A stretch of DNA of 51,430 bases, filler included, from Malassezia furfur (GCA_052055015.1; 2 parts of 2 records of this genome joined end to end with filler, not necessarily neighbours in it); one strand, 5' to 3'. Counted from the first letter of the whole stretch, positions 10,204-21,545 are shown. The notes: a model not told the origin generated them from the sequence alone. Program-made: numbers and translations.

Positions 10204-12190
10204 ATGCCAGTATGGATAATTGCGCTTGCAGCGGCGCATGCGCCGCGGCGGCCGCCACGAGCTCGGCATCCGGCGAGGCGTGCAGCACATTGCGCACCTG
10301 ACGCGCGCGCTCCGCACGCACGCCGGGCGCAATGTGCAGCGTCTGCAGCACGCCGGCAAACATGGCCGGCGTCGCACGCGGCACCGGCACGCCGTGCAGC
10401 ACCGCCGCCGCCTCGCGCGTGCCGTGCTGTGCCGCGCCCGCGCTCATGTGCTCGAGCAGCGCGTAGACCAGCGCCCAGCTCTCGTGCGTGCCGTCGCGCA
10501 CGAGCGCCTGCAGCAGCAGCGTCCACGTGGGCGCACGCAGCTCGATGTGTGCACGCTGCATGACGCGCAGCATCGTCCACAGCGCGCCGCCGGGCGCCTG
10601 CACAAACTTGTGCGGTGCCGCAGCGCTCCATGCGGGGATCAGCGCCTCAAACACGCGCACCGTCAGGTGCCGCGGGGGCAGACGCCGGATGCAGTGTGCG
10701 TACAGGCGCTGCAGCAGCGCCTCATCGCCCGCGCACAGCTCCACGAGCGCACGCAGGACGCATGCGACAACATACGGCGACGCCAGGTGCCGCACGCGCC
10801 GCCCGCGCGCATCGGCGCGCCGCGCGTCGCTGTTGGCGTGCGATGCGGCGGCGTGCGATGCAGCCAGCGGCGCCGCGGGGGGTATCTGCTCGGCGGCCTG
10901 CAGCAGCGCGGGGTCCAGGCCCGGCACCGGCTGGAAGCGCCACTGAAACACGCGCAGCGTGCCGTGCCAGTCGCGCTCCTTGTGCCGCGCACGCACGAGT
11001 GCCGTGTCGTACAGCGTGCGGTCGTGGCGCTCGATCGCCGTGCGCACGGGGCGCAGGAAACGGCCCGTGGCTACCGCGCCGCCCGCGCGCCCACGGCGCG
11101 CATCGCGCGGTACCTCGATCGCCGTGTTCCGCCCGGCGTGCGCGAGAAAGGTTGCCAGCACGTCGACGCTTGGCGCCGCAAACGCGTGCAGCAGCACAAA
11201 CCGCGCATGCGCTAGGTCGCCCGCGTGCAGTGCGTCCAGCACGCGCGTGTCGACCGCGTGCTGCATCGGCGCCGGCGGCATCGTGGCGCGGTAGTGCCGC
11301 GGCGCACGCGCCGCCGACGGCACTGCGTGGGTGCCGCGCAGCAGCGCTTCGGTCGCAGCATCCAGCGCGTACGGAGCGGCAGATGTCGAGGTGCGTGCGT
11401 GCGCCCATGCGTGCGCCTCACGCACTGCACCACCATGGACCATGGCACGCACCGCGCGGTTGTACAGGCGCGCGAGCTGCCGGTCGCCGGCCTGGGCGTC
11501 GACCGGCACGAACGGAGCGCCGGCGACGGTGCGCGCCCAGAGCGCCGCAGGGCCCTCGTCACGCCACGCGCCGGTGCGGTACAGGTGCGTGACGCCGGTG
11601 GTGAGTGCCGAGATGTAGCCCTTGACCGCGACGAGGATGCACGCGCGCTGCACCACACCAGCGTCGCTCCCCGTGAGCCAATGCATCGCCTGGTCGACGT
11701 GCCAGCGACCGTCGTGGGCGGTGCTGCCGCCGAGCTCAGCAGCGTGCGGCACAAGGGTGAGCCATCGGAGCGCCGCGTCTGTGTCGTTGTGTGCGGCACA
11801 GTGCCGCGCGGCGTGTGCGTACTCGACGATCGGTGTGCCGAGCGGGGTGTCGAGCGACTCGAGCTGGCTAAGTGCGCGCATGGCGTCGCCAAACTCGCGA
11901 CTGCGCAGTAGACGCTGGAGGAGCGCCGCGGGCGGTGCGAGCGTGTCGTCATCAGACGACACGCCGACGTGCATCGTCGACACGGGCGTCTGGTACTCCT
12001 CGCTGGGCAGCTCGAACAGCGCGTAATCGACGCCGCGAGGATCGAGCTGCATGTTGGAGCCCGTGTCGGCCGGCTCGCGTACGCTGTAGGCGGTCCGCAC
12101 GCTCTCGCGTGGGACGTACGCGGCACGCGCGTGCAGCGCACGCAGCATGCCCACACGCCCCCGCAAGGTGCGCGGCGCACGAACGAGCAT
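10190..12190 (-). CDS. Helical-repeat (PPR-like) protein with probable mitochondrial presequence
   Basis: ~666-codon ORF from MLVRAPRTLRGRVGMLRALHAR (Arg-rich, acid-free); PPR-like segments LYNRAVRAMVHGG and TWTLLLQALVRDG. Confidence 0.6.
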   Translation of the reverse strand: MLVRAPRTLRGRVGMLRALHARAAYVPRESVRTAYSVREPADTGSNMQLDPRGVDYALFELPSEEYQTPVSTMHVGVSSDDDTLAPPAALLQRLLRSREFGDAMRALSQLESLDTPLGTPIVEYAHAARHCAAHNDTDAALRWLTLVPHAAELGGSTAHDGRWHVDQAMHWLTGSDAGVVQRACILVAVKGYISALTTGVTHLYRTGAWRDEGPAALWARTVAGAPFVPVDAQAGDRQLARLYNRAVRAMVHGGAVREAHAWAHARTSTSAAPYALDAATEALLRGTHAVPSAARAPRHYRATMPPAPMQHAVDTRVLDALHAGDLAHARFVLLHAFAAPSVDVLATFLAHAGRNTAIEVPRDARRGRAGGAVATGRFLRPVRTAIERHDRTLYDTALVRARHKERDWHGTLRVFQWRFQPVPGLDPALLQAAEQIPPAAPLAASHAAASHANSDARRADARGRRVRHLASPYVVACVLRALVELCAGDEALLQRLYAHCIRRLPPRHLTVRVFEALIPAWSAAAPHKFVQAPGGALWTMLRVMQRAHIELRAPTWTLLLQALVRDGTHESWALVYALLEHMSAGAAQHGTREAAAVLHGVPVPRATPAMFAGVLQTLHIAPGVRAERARQVRNVLHASPDAELVAAAAAHAPLQAQLSILASTER

Positions 12191-12221
12191 CGTGGGAGGA
12201 CGGTGCACGTGACTTCCACGT

Positions 12222-12253
<32 letters not shown>
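12222..12253. repeat. (CGG)~10 microsatellite in divergent spacer
   Basis: Direct reading. Confidence 0.9.
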
Positions 12254-12288
12254 TTGACACCTCCACCGACGCGCTTCCACACTCCAGC

Positions 12289-13758
12289 ATGCTGCGTCTG
12301 GCTGTGCTTGCCGCATTTGCGAGTGCGGCGCTTGCGCAAGCCGCGCTCTTTTCACCGCAGAGTCCAGTGCTCAAGCTGACCCCTGCGAACTTCGACAAGG
12401 AGATCCTGCAGATCGAGAAGCCCGCGTTGGTCGCCTTCACGGCGCCGTGGTGCGGACACTGCAAAAACCTCGCGCCGCAGTACCAGCGCGTCGCCGCCGA
12501 GCTCGACGGCGTAGTCAAGATCGCCTACGTGGACTGTGACGACCGTGCGAGTGAGCCGCTGTGTGCCAAGTACAACGTGCGCGGCTTCCCCTCGCTGAAG
12601 CTCTTCCCCTCCACCAAGAAGCGCCTGCCCCGTGATTACAACGGCGAGCGCAGCGCGAACGCCATCACCGAGTACGTCGTGAGCGCGCTCCCGGCCGAGT
12701 CGGTGCGCCGCCTCGACGTGGGCAAGCTTCCCGGCTTCCTCAAGAAGGACCCGGACAGCCCCAAGGTGCTCCTCGTCTCGCCCAAGTCCAAGTCCTCGCC
12801 CATGTACCGCTCGCTCGCGCTCGACTTCCGCGGGCGCGTGCCGTTCGGCTACCTATACGCGCTGAAGGACGAAGTGTTTGGTGCGGTGAAGGAGACGCTC
12901 GGCGTCACGCTCGACATCCACCGCGTGCCGGCCCTGTACATTGTGACGGGGCCGCCGGGCACACCGAAGCTGCACAAGTACCGCGGCGCGATGAAGTACA
13001 AGCACATCCGCCGCTGGCTCGACGAGGCGATTGATGGCAAGATCGCGCCGGAGGAGCCCGAGGTGCCCGCCGACGCCGCCGACGCCGCCGAGGAGCCCAC
13101 GTTGAAGGAGAAAGCCCAGCCCATCAAGAGCTCGCCCGAGGAGGAATTTGCCGCATTCAAGAAAGCCGGACTGAGCGACGAAGATGCGCGCGCCGCCATG
13201 CGCCTCAGTGAGCAGCTGCAGGGCGGCGAAGACGCCCAGGCACAGCTCGAGGAGCAGCGCAAGGCCGCCAAGGAGAAGGAGGCACGCCGCCGGCAGGTCG
13301 AGGCGATCCGCCGCGCGAGTGCCAAGCTCAAACAAAAGGGCGGGATGCCGGAGGCGGAGCGCGACCCGATGACGGGCGAGATGCTGATGGACAAGATGCA
13401 GGACCTCATTGGGGACAAGTGGGGCTCGTCGCTTGCAGCGCTCACGATCGAGGCCAAGGAGAAGGCTGAAAAGATCATTATGGAGAACCCCGCCAAGGCG
13501 ATGCACGCGACCCAAGAAGCGGAACAGTTCCTCATGGACGGCATCAACAACGATATCCGCGCCATCGAGGACCAGCTCACGGCCGGTGCCGATGAGGAGG
13601 GCTACCCGCTCACCAAGGACATGGAGGAGAGCATGCGGAAGCACCTCGAACTGCTTATGGGTATGATCCAGACCATCAACCTGCGCAAGGAGGCGCGGAA
13701 TAAGAAGAAGACCGAGGCTGAGATCGCCGAGGAGGTGCTCGCCCGCTTCGAGCTATAG
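12289..13758 (+). CDS. Protein disulfide isomerase family (Mpd1/P5-like) with long helical C-terminal extension
   Basis: Signal peptide MLRLAVLAAFASAALA, APWCGHCK, GFPSLK, second non-catalytic Trx-like domain, C-terminal ARFEL. Confidence 0.88.
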   Translation: MLRLAVLAAFASAALAQAALFSPQSPVLKLTPANFDKEILQIEKPALVAFTAPWCGHCKNLAPQYQRVAAELDGVVKIAYVDCDDRASEPLCAKYNVRGFPSLKLFPSTKKRLPRDYNGERSANAITEYVVSALPAESVRRLDVGKLPGFLKKDPDSPKVLLVSPKSKSSPMYRSLALDFRGRVPFGYLYALKDEVFGAVKETLGVTLDIHRVPALYIVTGPPGTPKLHKYRGAMKYKHIRRWLDEAIDGKIAPEEPEVPADAADAAEEPTLKEKAQPIKSSPEEEFAAFKKAGLSDEDARAAMRLSEQLQGGEDAQAQLEEQRKAAKEKEARRRQVEAIRRASAKLKQKGGMPEAERDPMTGEMLMDKMQDLIGDKWGSSLAALTIEAKEKAEKIIMENPAKAMHATQEAEQFLMDGINNDIRAIEDQLTAGADEEGYPLTKDMEESMRKHLELLMGMIQTINLRKEARNKKKTEAEIAEEVLARFEL

Positions 13759-13761
13759 TTG

Positions 13762-15183
13762 CTATGTATAGCAATGGGACATGAGGCGCTCGACGTGCCG
13801 CAGGGCTACATTGAACACGGGATGTGTCACGCCCACCGCATCGCTCGGCGCCGACTCACCGCCGCTCGGCACCCACGCCAGGCTCTGGGCGTACACAGAG
13901 CGCTGCAGCACATCGGTGCGCCCACATGCTTTGGACGCCCGCGCTGCCGCCGCAGGGTTTGGACGCACGTGGTGCTGCGTCATGGACAGTCCAGATAGGT
14001 TGTAGCAGGTGTGGTATGCATCCGGCCGCTTCCCGGGCTTGTCGCATAGACCTCCAGTGTCGAGCTGCGCGACGGCGAGGATGTAGGTCTGCAGTGCATG
14101 GCGGTCGTACAGGTCCTCGTCGTGGTCACTCACCGAGTCCCACGACGTATCACCGTCATCATCTGCGGCCACCTCTGCGGGAGGAGAAAGCACCAGCCCT
14201 TCAAGGCACGTCATGAGGCCTCCGCCGCAGAACCATCCGTAACAGCCGTCCACGAGCTTGTTGGTTCGCCCACGGAAGCCGCCGCCCTCGTATGCGGTAC
14301 CCTGCAGCGAGGTACCCCACCGAAGCAGCGCCTGCGTGTCCACATGTCCCGCGCGCCCGAGCTGCGCAAGGTGCGCGTGCGAGGCAAGCGCACAGAACGC
14401 ATACCCACCGTGCGCTTCACCCTGCGCTGGCTGGTCTTGCACCGCGCCAAGGGGATGCACCGCGCCATCGTGCACCGTGTATTCCGCGCAGCTCATTGCG
14501 GCAAAGCCGCCCTCATACGTCTGGCAGCTGGCAAGGTAGTCGCCAACGCCGTCCAGCAGCTCGTCCGTCGCCAGACCCAACAGACTCGCGACGACCAACA
14601 CACAGTACGTGGCGCGCACATCGATCTCGCCCTGTTCATGGACCAGGAAGGAGCCGTCAGGCTGCTTGAGACGCAGCATCCACGCATACATCTTGTCCTT
14701 CTCGATACAGTCCCATCCGCCGCGCCCCACCTCGACGCTCTGGCCTTGCTCGATGTCGATGGCAGTCGGCACGCCTCCAGGTCCGCCGACGATCGCCAAC
14801 GCACACACGGCCGCATACGTGCTCATCAGATGACCCATCTGACCAGGGCCGCCGCCGAATCCGCCGCGCTCCGTGTCCTGGAAATGCACGAGGGTTGAAA
14901 TGGCTCGTGCTCGCTTGGCACCAGTGAGCGGCATGCCCATCAAATCAAGCGAGTGGGCAATCCAGTACAGTAGCCAGGCCCTGTTTGAGTCAAATGCAAC
15001 ATAGCGCGCCGACAGCGGCTCGAGAATCCGCGAGAGGAATGCCGCGTGCTCCCTGCGTCGCAGAGCCGGAAGTGGGCTTGCGCCGTTCTCGAACGGCTCG
15101 ACGAGCTCGTAAATCGACTCCTCTGTGTGCTTCTGGTCAATTGACGTCTGTGTGGGACACAGGTCGTCCGGCGTGGGCCACAT
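13762..15183 (-). CDS. RAM1: Protein farnesyltransferase beta subunit
   Basis: WLLYWIAHSL, GGFGGGPGQMGHL, GEIDVRATY, EAHGGYAFC, GRTNKLVDGCY, DKPGKRPDAYHTCY. Confidence 0.93.
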   Translation of the reverse strand: MWPTPDDLCPTQTSIDQKHTEESIYELVEPFENGASPLPALRRREHAAFLSRILEPLSARYVAFDSNRAWLLYWIAHSLDLMGMPLTGAKRARAISTLVHFQDTERGGFGGGPGQMGHLMSTYAAVCALAIVGGPGGVPTAIDIEQGQSVEVGRGGWDCIEKDKMYAWMLRLKQPDGSFLVHEQGEIDVRATYCVLVVASLLGLATDELLDGVGDYLASCQTYEGGFAAMSCAEYTVHDGAVHPLGAVQDQPAQGEAHGGYAFCALASHAHLAQLGRAGHVDTQALLRWGTSLQGTAYEGGGFRGRTNKLVDGCYGWFCGGGLMTCLEGLVLSPPAEVAADDDGDTSWDSVSDHDEDLYDRHALQTYILAVAQLDTGGLCDKPGKRPDAYHTCYNLSGLSMTQHHVRPNPAAAARASKACGRTDVLQRSVYAQSLAWVPSGGESAPSDAVGVTHPVFNVALRHVERLMSHCYT

Positions 15184-15288
15184 ATTGTACAAAAGACAGC
15201 CGGGGCGCTGCGTCTTCGCGACGCTTTGTCCACGCCCTCCTTTGTCTTCGGGTGGAGCGCCCGATGTAGAACCGATCGGGAGGACTAC

Positions 15289-16237
15289 CTACCAACCCCG
15301 CACTTCCACCTCGCACACGTTTTCGAGAAAGTGCCGGCTTGCTCCCGTCACAAGACTCGCATCCGAGGCGAAGGCGGGTGCTGCACTAGAGAGTCCGGAT
15401 GGATGGAGATGCGGTAGGCGAACGAACGCTTCGAGCGCCGAGCGCCGTTTGCGATGCATGTCAGGGTCGTCAAATGGCCGACACAGCTTGGGAATCAGCG
15501 CCGCAATCTCCGTCGTGGATACGGCGTATTGAAGAGATAGGCTGCGTAATGCAAGCACTGTATTAGCGATTCTTGCCTCTTGGGTAGACACACGTACCAA
15601 ACTGCTCCATCGTCCACGTAGCCCACATAGGCTGCGAAAACGCGAGCGCATCGCGCCCGCCATCAGCCGTTTCGATCAGGAGATCGGTGCCCATGTCAGC
15701 GAGTGCATTGATCTTGGCGCTGTGCTTGCGCTAGAATGGTGAGCGAGGAAGGACGACGTACAAGCCGATCGAGCATTTTCGCGAGCTGTGCACTCGCCTG
15801 TTCGAGATTCTGCAAGAGCGGCACGACACTGGACCGTATTTGCTCGTCGTCGCGGGCAGTCTGTGTGTCTGCGTTGGTGGGCCGCAGCAAACTGGGTTAA
15901 GTAGTGACACGTACTTGCTGATCTCCTCCCATGTCTGCTTCGCGTCGGATGCCCATTTGATTCCTTCAACGGTGTGTTCCTCTTCCCAAGCCGTCGCTTC
16001 CTTCAAAAAGTCTTGTAAGAGCGCGCGAAGACGCCGGTGGTATGTCTGCTCGGCAGTGCGTGGTATCAAGAATGCGTCGTGTGGATCGCGCGGTTCTGGC
16101 GCCGTCCGGGGCGAGCCAACCTTGCCCGCTCCTCCGTGTGGCGGTGTGCTCGACGGCGATGCCGTGTTCTCCGCCAGTTTGGCGAACGGCGAGTTGGCCG
16201 CACGCCGGCTCGGCGTCGCCGGAGGCCGTTTGGGCAT
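15289..16237 (-). CDS. Conserved-looking helical hypothetical protein, possibly CINP-like; 3 introns
   Basis: Introns 15892-15914, 15731-15761 and 15558-15597 join three ORF fragments into one frame ending ...ENVCEVEVRGW*; contains QPMWATWTMEQFVLAL. Confidence 0.65.
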
Positions 16238-16294
16238 GCTTGGTGGAAATTCGCCCGATTTCGCGCAAGCCCTCCACTTCCACGTGCGACCATC

Positions 16295-18451
16295 ATGGTG
16301 ACGCTACCCCAGACGCGCAGGCGTACACCGAGCGGGAGCGACGCAGCGTACCAGTCGCTCCGGCGGCTCCTCCTGTCGGCGCCGGCCAACTCGGAGCAGC
16401 TTGAGGCAATGGACAGGAATGCACTTTATGGCTCGATTGGGTTCTACTTATCGGCAATGGCGCTCCCCAACGTGCGGGAGTTTGCCGAGGCCATCGCTAC
16501 TTCGCAGTCTCTGTGGACGCCGACGTCCGATTCGGCGCATGTCCTGGTAAACCGCACCATGTCCATCACACAAGCGCTCGTCTTTGCGACGGATGAGCGC
16601 ATCCAGCTGATTATGGAGAACGTCGCGCGTCACTCTCCTGAGCGGGCCGGCAAAGATCTGTGCAAATGGGTCCGGGCCGTACTCGATGGAATCCAAAAGG
16701 GTATTGACACACAAGGGACGCGCACCACCACACTGATTCCGCGACTCGCAGTAGTCACAGGATTATTGCGCGGCGTTGAGGCCGCTCGGCAGGAGCGCCG
16801 GCACGCCAAAAAGCCATCGGCCAGCGCGTCGCTCCACCTGCGCTCGCTCGCGTCGACGCTCGAGCGGGAATGGGCGGACTACTGTGTTGACCAGCTGACG
16901 CTCCTTGGCGAAGAGCACGAACCACGTTCCGTGCGCGGTGCTCGTCTTGCCACGGTCGCACTCGCAGCGCAGTGCATTGACCTGGTGCCCGAGTCTCGGC
17001 TGCAACGTATCGAGGATCGTGCCTGGATCGACACCGTGCTTCCGGCCTTGCTGGATATCTTCGGGTGCGCCGACTCGCTTAAGCACTTGGATGGTTTGAT
17101 GAAATCGGTCACACACTCGGCACAGGGCATCTACGTGCCGGCCGACGCACCGTGCACGCGGTGGGCGTCTAGCGTCGAGGCGCACGCCCTCTATCCGCTC
17201 GCGGGTCCTGTCTCGCGCCTGTTAGCAGATGCGCTCCGGCGGCAGTGCACTGCGCTTGCCCCCACTGATGCGGAAGAGGCGCTGGGCGAAAAGGGCACCG
17301 ACCTCCTGCCCACACTGCATCGCATCGGCTTCCAGCTGGACGCCGCCTGGTGCAGCAGCCCGCTGGCGGGCGCAGAGACCGAGGACATTGAAATGGCCAG
17401 TCGCGAGAGGACCAAAGCCCTCTGGCAGGTCATGAAGACGCTGCTTTTTGCCGTGACGATGGTGCTCGATGCAGTGGTCGATGCGGTGGTCGAGCAGTGT
17501 CCCTCGCCGAGTGAGACGTACGACCCACCGCGCAACGCCATGTCGCCGACGGGGTACCCGGCGATGGCCTCCAGCAATACCCCTCTGCCCTACTTGCATG
17601 TGATCACCGACGTGGTACACATCTATCTGCCCTTTTACTTTATTACGACGCAGTTTGGTCTTGACGGCTTCGAGTCGTACCGCAAAGTGTTCTACTCTGC
17701 CCTGGACGTCATCGGGCGGGACCCCGAGACGTGCACGCAGCTCACGGCGGCGCTCGCCGATGCTGTGTTCCGCGGCGTGTCGCCCGAGGCGGTCACCGCG
17801 CAGGGAGCCGACTATGCGCAGCGCATCCACACAACCTACTTTCTGCTCGTCGCAGAGCAGCTCGTGAGCGACGTCCCCGAGGCCATGGTGGACCGCCTGC
17901 TTCTGCCCATCTGCCGTCCCTACCTGGAAGACACGACGTTCCAGGACGCATTTGAATCGGCGCATTCGGTGGTATTGGCGCTGTTTAGCGCGCAGAGTCC
18001 ATGTACGCTGGACCTGACGCCCTTCTATGTACAATTGCTGCTCAGCAGCTTCCCCGGCCATCTCAACGACACGCAGCTCCACACGGCACTCACCACCGTG
18101 GTAGCCTCGCTCTCGGACCGGAGCGACTCGCTGGCGTGGTGGTGTGTGGAGCAGCTCAGCGACGAGCTGAGCCAGGCGCGCATGGCGGACCAGGAGGACC
18201 GCACCCTTACGCTGGCGCGCTGCCTGGCGTCGCTCATTTCTCACGTGAACCTCGTCCTGCTCCGCTCGCTGCTCAACAAGGTCAGTGCGCAGATCCTCAT
18301 GCTGCCCGAGGCGAGCGCCGCGCGCACCGAGCTCGTCGAGGCCACCTTTGCGGCGCTGGGGGATATGAATGCTTCGACGCGGGAAGAGGGTATGCGCTGG
18401 TGGCTCGAAAAGAGCCCCAGCTTTACGCGAGGCATGCCGGCGGACGCCTAG
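16295..18451 (+). CDS. PEX8: Peroxin Pex8 (Pex17-type)
   Basis: LWQVMKTLLFAVTMVL, FYFITTQFG..GFESY, FESAHSVVLALFS motifs typical of fungal Pex8; no C-terminal PTS1. Confidence 0.75.
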   Translation: MVTLPQTRRRTPSGSDAAYQSLRRLLLSAPANSEQLEAMDRNALYGSIGFYLSAMALPNVREFAEAIATSQSLWTPTSDSAHVLVNRTMSITQALVFATDERIQLIMENVARHSPERAGKDLCKWVRAVLDGIQKGIDTQGTRTTTLIPRLAVVTGLLRGVEAARQERRHAKKPSASASLHLRSLASTLEREWADYCVDQLTLLGEEHEPRSVRGARLATVALAAQCIDLVPESRLQRIEDRAWIDTVLPALLDIFGCADSLKHLDGLMKSVTHSAQGIYVPADAPCTRWASSVEAHALYPLAGPVSRLLADALRRQCTALAPTDAEEALGEKGTDLLPTLHRIGFQLDAAWCSSPLAGAETEDIEMASRERTKALWQVMKTLLFAVTMVLDAVVDAVVEQCPSPSETYDPPRNAMSPTGYPAMASSNTPLPYLHVITDVVHIYLPFYFITTQFGLDGFESYRKVFYSALDVIGRDPETCTQLTAALADAVFRGVSPEAVTAQGADYAQRIHTTYFLLVAEQLVSDVPEAMVDRLLLPICRPYLEDTTFQDAFESAHSVVLALFSAQSPCTLDLTPFYVQLLLSSFPGHLNDTQLHTALTTVVASLSDRSDSLAWWCVEQLSDELSQARMADQEDRTLTLARCLASLISHVNLVLLRSLLNKVSAQILMLPEASAARTELVEATFAALGDMNASTREEGMRWWLEKSPSFTRGMPADA

Positions 18452-19027
18452 TAGATTGCACGGTCGCAGCGCGTCTCCTTGTGGCTGGGTCAGGATAGAC
18501 TGGACGTACATTTGGCCACAGCGGTTGCTGCAGTAGCGTTCGCCACAGGCCATACAGCGCGCGTCGCCCCAATAGCCACAAACGGCGCACAGCGGCCGCG
18601 AGGGATATGTGGGCTTATCCAGCAGGAACGCGGGCATGGCCTGCAGATGCCCGAGACTTGCGGCCTCGTCCAGCAGCGCATTGGCGCCGCGCCGCGCCTG
18701 CAACAGGCGGCGCACGGCGGGTGTCGTCTTGTTCAACTGCTTGTCCGCGGCGACGGGGGGCGCATTGGCGTCTGAGGCGGACTGCAAGAGCACATGCGAT
18801 ATGGCCTGCTCCGCGGCTACCGTGGGTTCCTGCAGCGCGGTGCGTTCCGCTGGGAAGCACGTCGCGCCCAATTCCAGCAGGCGCCGATGACGTCGTTGCT
18901 GCCCGAGGATCGCATTGCGTTCTCGGCGTGCGGCAGATTCTGCCTCCGATACAGCGCGTGCCGGCTGCGCTCGCGCTCGCGCGCGCAGCGGCATGGAACG
19001 GCCATGCGCCGCCGATCTACGTGCCAT
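18448..19027 (-). CDS. VPS71: SWR1 complex HIT zinc-finger subunit Vps71/Swc6, 1 intron (18485-18509)
   Basis: RPLCAVCGYWGDARCMACGERYCSNRCGQI|HKETRC completes the zf-HIT only after splicing. Confidence 0.85.
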
Positions 19028-19756
19028 GGCCTCTGGAGCGCGTCGCGGCGAGCCTTTCCTCCACCCGGGCACGGGCGTCACGCGTGAGGGTTTCCCAGTC
19101 GACGCGGTTATGCACGTGACTGCATGGATCGGCGCTATCACACCGAAGCTTGGGGAGAACTTCGGCGTATTCTTACATATCAGTGGCTGCAGCGATCTGC
19201 AGCCATGCAGCCGATGTGTCGCGGTGCGGCGATAGATCATCCGAGTTAGCGCAATCCACGAACGGGCCTAGGGCAGTCTCATCGCGTCTGGCCGCGACGG
19301 TGTGACGCTCGCTGCGAGCGGCCGGCGGCGGTTAGTGTGAACGGAACCGATTGGCGAATGCAGCCAAGGGTATTTTGATTTCGGATTCCAAAGATGTTGA
19401 CAATTTGCGCTTGCCTGGCATTGTGATGCACCGTGTGTAGCTGCAGTCTATTCAAACACGCACGCGTAGACGGAGGGTCAACTTAGCCAGCACGTCCAAT
19501 TGACCAGCCAGGTGCGCCGCATATTGGACTCCAAACCGAGGCTCGCGGTCCACGGAGTAGTGCTCAACGGGGATTGCTGCTCTCCCCGTCCGTCCGCTGT
19601 GCTACGCTCGTGTCCCTACGGTCCCTCCTTCGTTGCATCGTGTGCGTGCAGAGCCTCAGCATACGCGCAACGTGTCCATCTCTCGTTCCGTGACCGTGCT
19701 GATCTTCCGTTGTTGGCACCGATCGTGTACTTTTTGATCCGCCGTACCCGACATTG

Positions 19757-21408
19757 ATGGATCCTACCTCTCGTGTGCGCCCGGCCCGCCTCGGCGCGGC
19801 GCCGCCCTCACTCATTCCGAACGCGAAGCAGATCGCACAGCCCCGTGGCCAGCGCGCTGCGCTGGCCGATGTGAGCAACCGTGATCCCCACCAGCAGGTA
19901 CGGCCGCGCCCCGTTTGCTGACCCAGCCTCTCGCCCCGCCCGGCAAGCCAAAGGACGTAAAGCGCGGACCGCTACCAATGCCGCCGACGGCTGGCACATT
20001 CCCTGGCCATGGCGATGCGCCGGCAGGGCTCCAGGCAGATGCCGCCCGCCCGGGCAGCCGCGTCACGCTCTCGCACTCTAGCACACAGACCGTCGCAAAG
20101 GCAGATGCGGTTCCAGGAGGCGCGGCACTGCCAATCGCGTCCGGGTCGTTCTCGACGCAGGATATCTCGATGTCGACCGATCCCGGTGCGCTAGGCATCG
20201 CCGTCGAATCGCATACTCATCCATCTGTTTCGTCGCAGTCCTCGCTCGACGAGCGGCTGAGCGCCTCGCGATCAACCGAAAGCCTCGCGACGGAGGACAG
20301 CGAGGCACTCGCTGTGCTCGAGCTTGACATTGATCCGACTGGCCTCGTCACCCTCCCCCTCGAGTACGAGCTGGAGGCGCAGCAGCGTGTCGCCGAGATC
20401 TGCGATGAGTTCGAAAAGACTGTGCTCATGCCGCAGGCGCTCGCTGCGCAGGCCGAGCGCCGCGAACTCGTGCAGCGCGGTGAGCTTGATCCGGCGGCTG
20501 CGGCGCTCGACGACGAGATCATGCGGATGGGCCTGGACCCGGAAGAAGCGCGTGACGCGAGTATGGTCGCCGAATACGCCGCGGACATCTTCGAGTATAT
20601 GGCATGCTGTGAGCGCGAGTCCATGGCGAACCCCAACTACATGGACTTCCAGGACGAGATCCAGTGGCACATGCGTGCGACGCTGATTGACTGGTTGCTC
20701 CAGGTGCACATGCGCTACCACATGCTTCCCGAGACGCTGTGGATCGCTGTCAACCTGGTCGACCGTTTCCTGAGCGCGCGCATTGTGAGCCTCGCCAAGC
20801 TGCAGCTTGTTGGTGTCACGGCCATGTTTATCGCGGCTAAGTACGAAGAGATTTTGGCGCCCAGCGTGGAAGAGTTTGTGTTCATGACCGAGAACGGCTA
20901 CTCGCGCGAAGAGATCCTCAAGGGCGAGCGTATCGTGCTCTCTACCCTTGACTTCAACGTCTCCACCTACTGCTCGCCGTACTCGTGGGTGCGGCGCATC
21001 TCCAAGGCAGACGACTACGATATTCAAACCCGCACTCTGTGCAAGTTCCTCATGGAGGTGACGCTTCTCAACCATTACTTCTTGCGCGCGCGGCCAAGTC
21101 TAATCGCGGCGATCGGTATGTACCTCGCAAAGCGCATGCTAGGCGGCGTATGGGACAGCGCGTTTGTCTACTACTCGCACTTCTGCGAAGAACAGCTGAT
21201 CCCGGGCGCTTGTTTGCTGCTCGAGCGCCTGATCGAGCCTGGCTTCGAGGCACAGTTCGTCTACAAGAAGTACGCGAGTAAAAAATTCCTGAAGGCCAGC
21301 ATCTACGCCCGCAACTGGGCCCTGCGTAACCACCATGCGTTCCTGTCTGCCCATCCCTCCCCCCCATCCCTCCAACCCGCGGGATACTCATGCACTACCC
21401 AAGCCTAA
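19757..21408 (+). CDS. B-type (G2/M) cyclin, 1 intron (19898-19926)
   Basis: Destruction box RAALADVSN in exon 1; cyclin box MRATLIDWL, IAAKYEE, RRISKADDYD. Confidence 0.95.
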
Positions 21409-21545
21409 CTGCGCACTCCCGCTCTCATTTGATGCGTGACCCTCTCTTGCTAATGTAATGATCCATCTGCACCAGCCCCGATACCACTTCCCGGGCCGCA
21501 CCATCCTCTTTCGCCAGTTACTACGCTCATTTCAAGACGATCCGT

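Noticed and set aside
19030..19750. ~730-bp spacer upstream of the B-cyclin with ACGCGT hexamers
   Set aside because: Long promoter expected for a cell-cycle gene; hexamers are common at this GC content and no ORF or ncRNA is supportable
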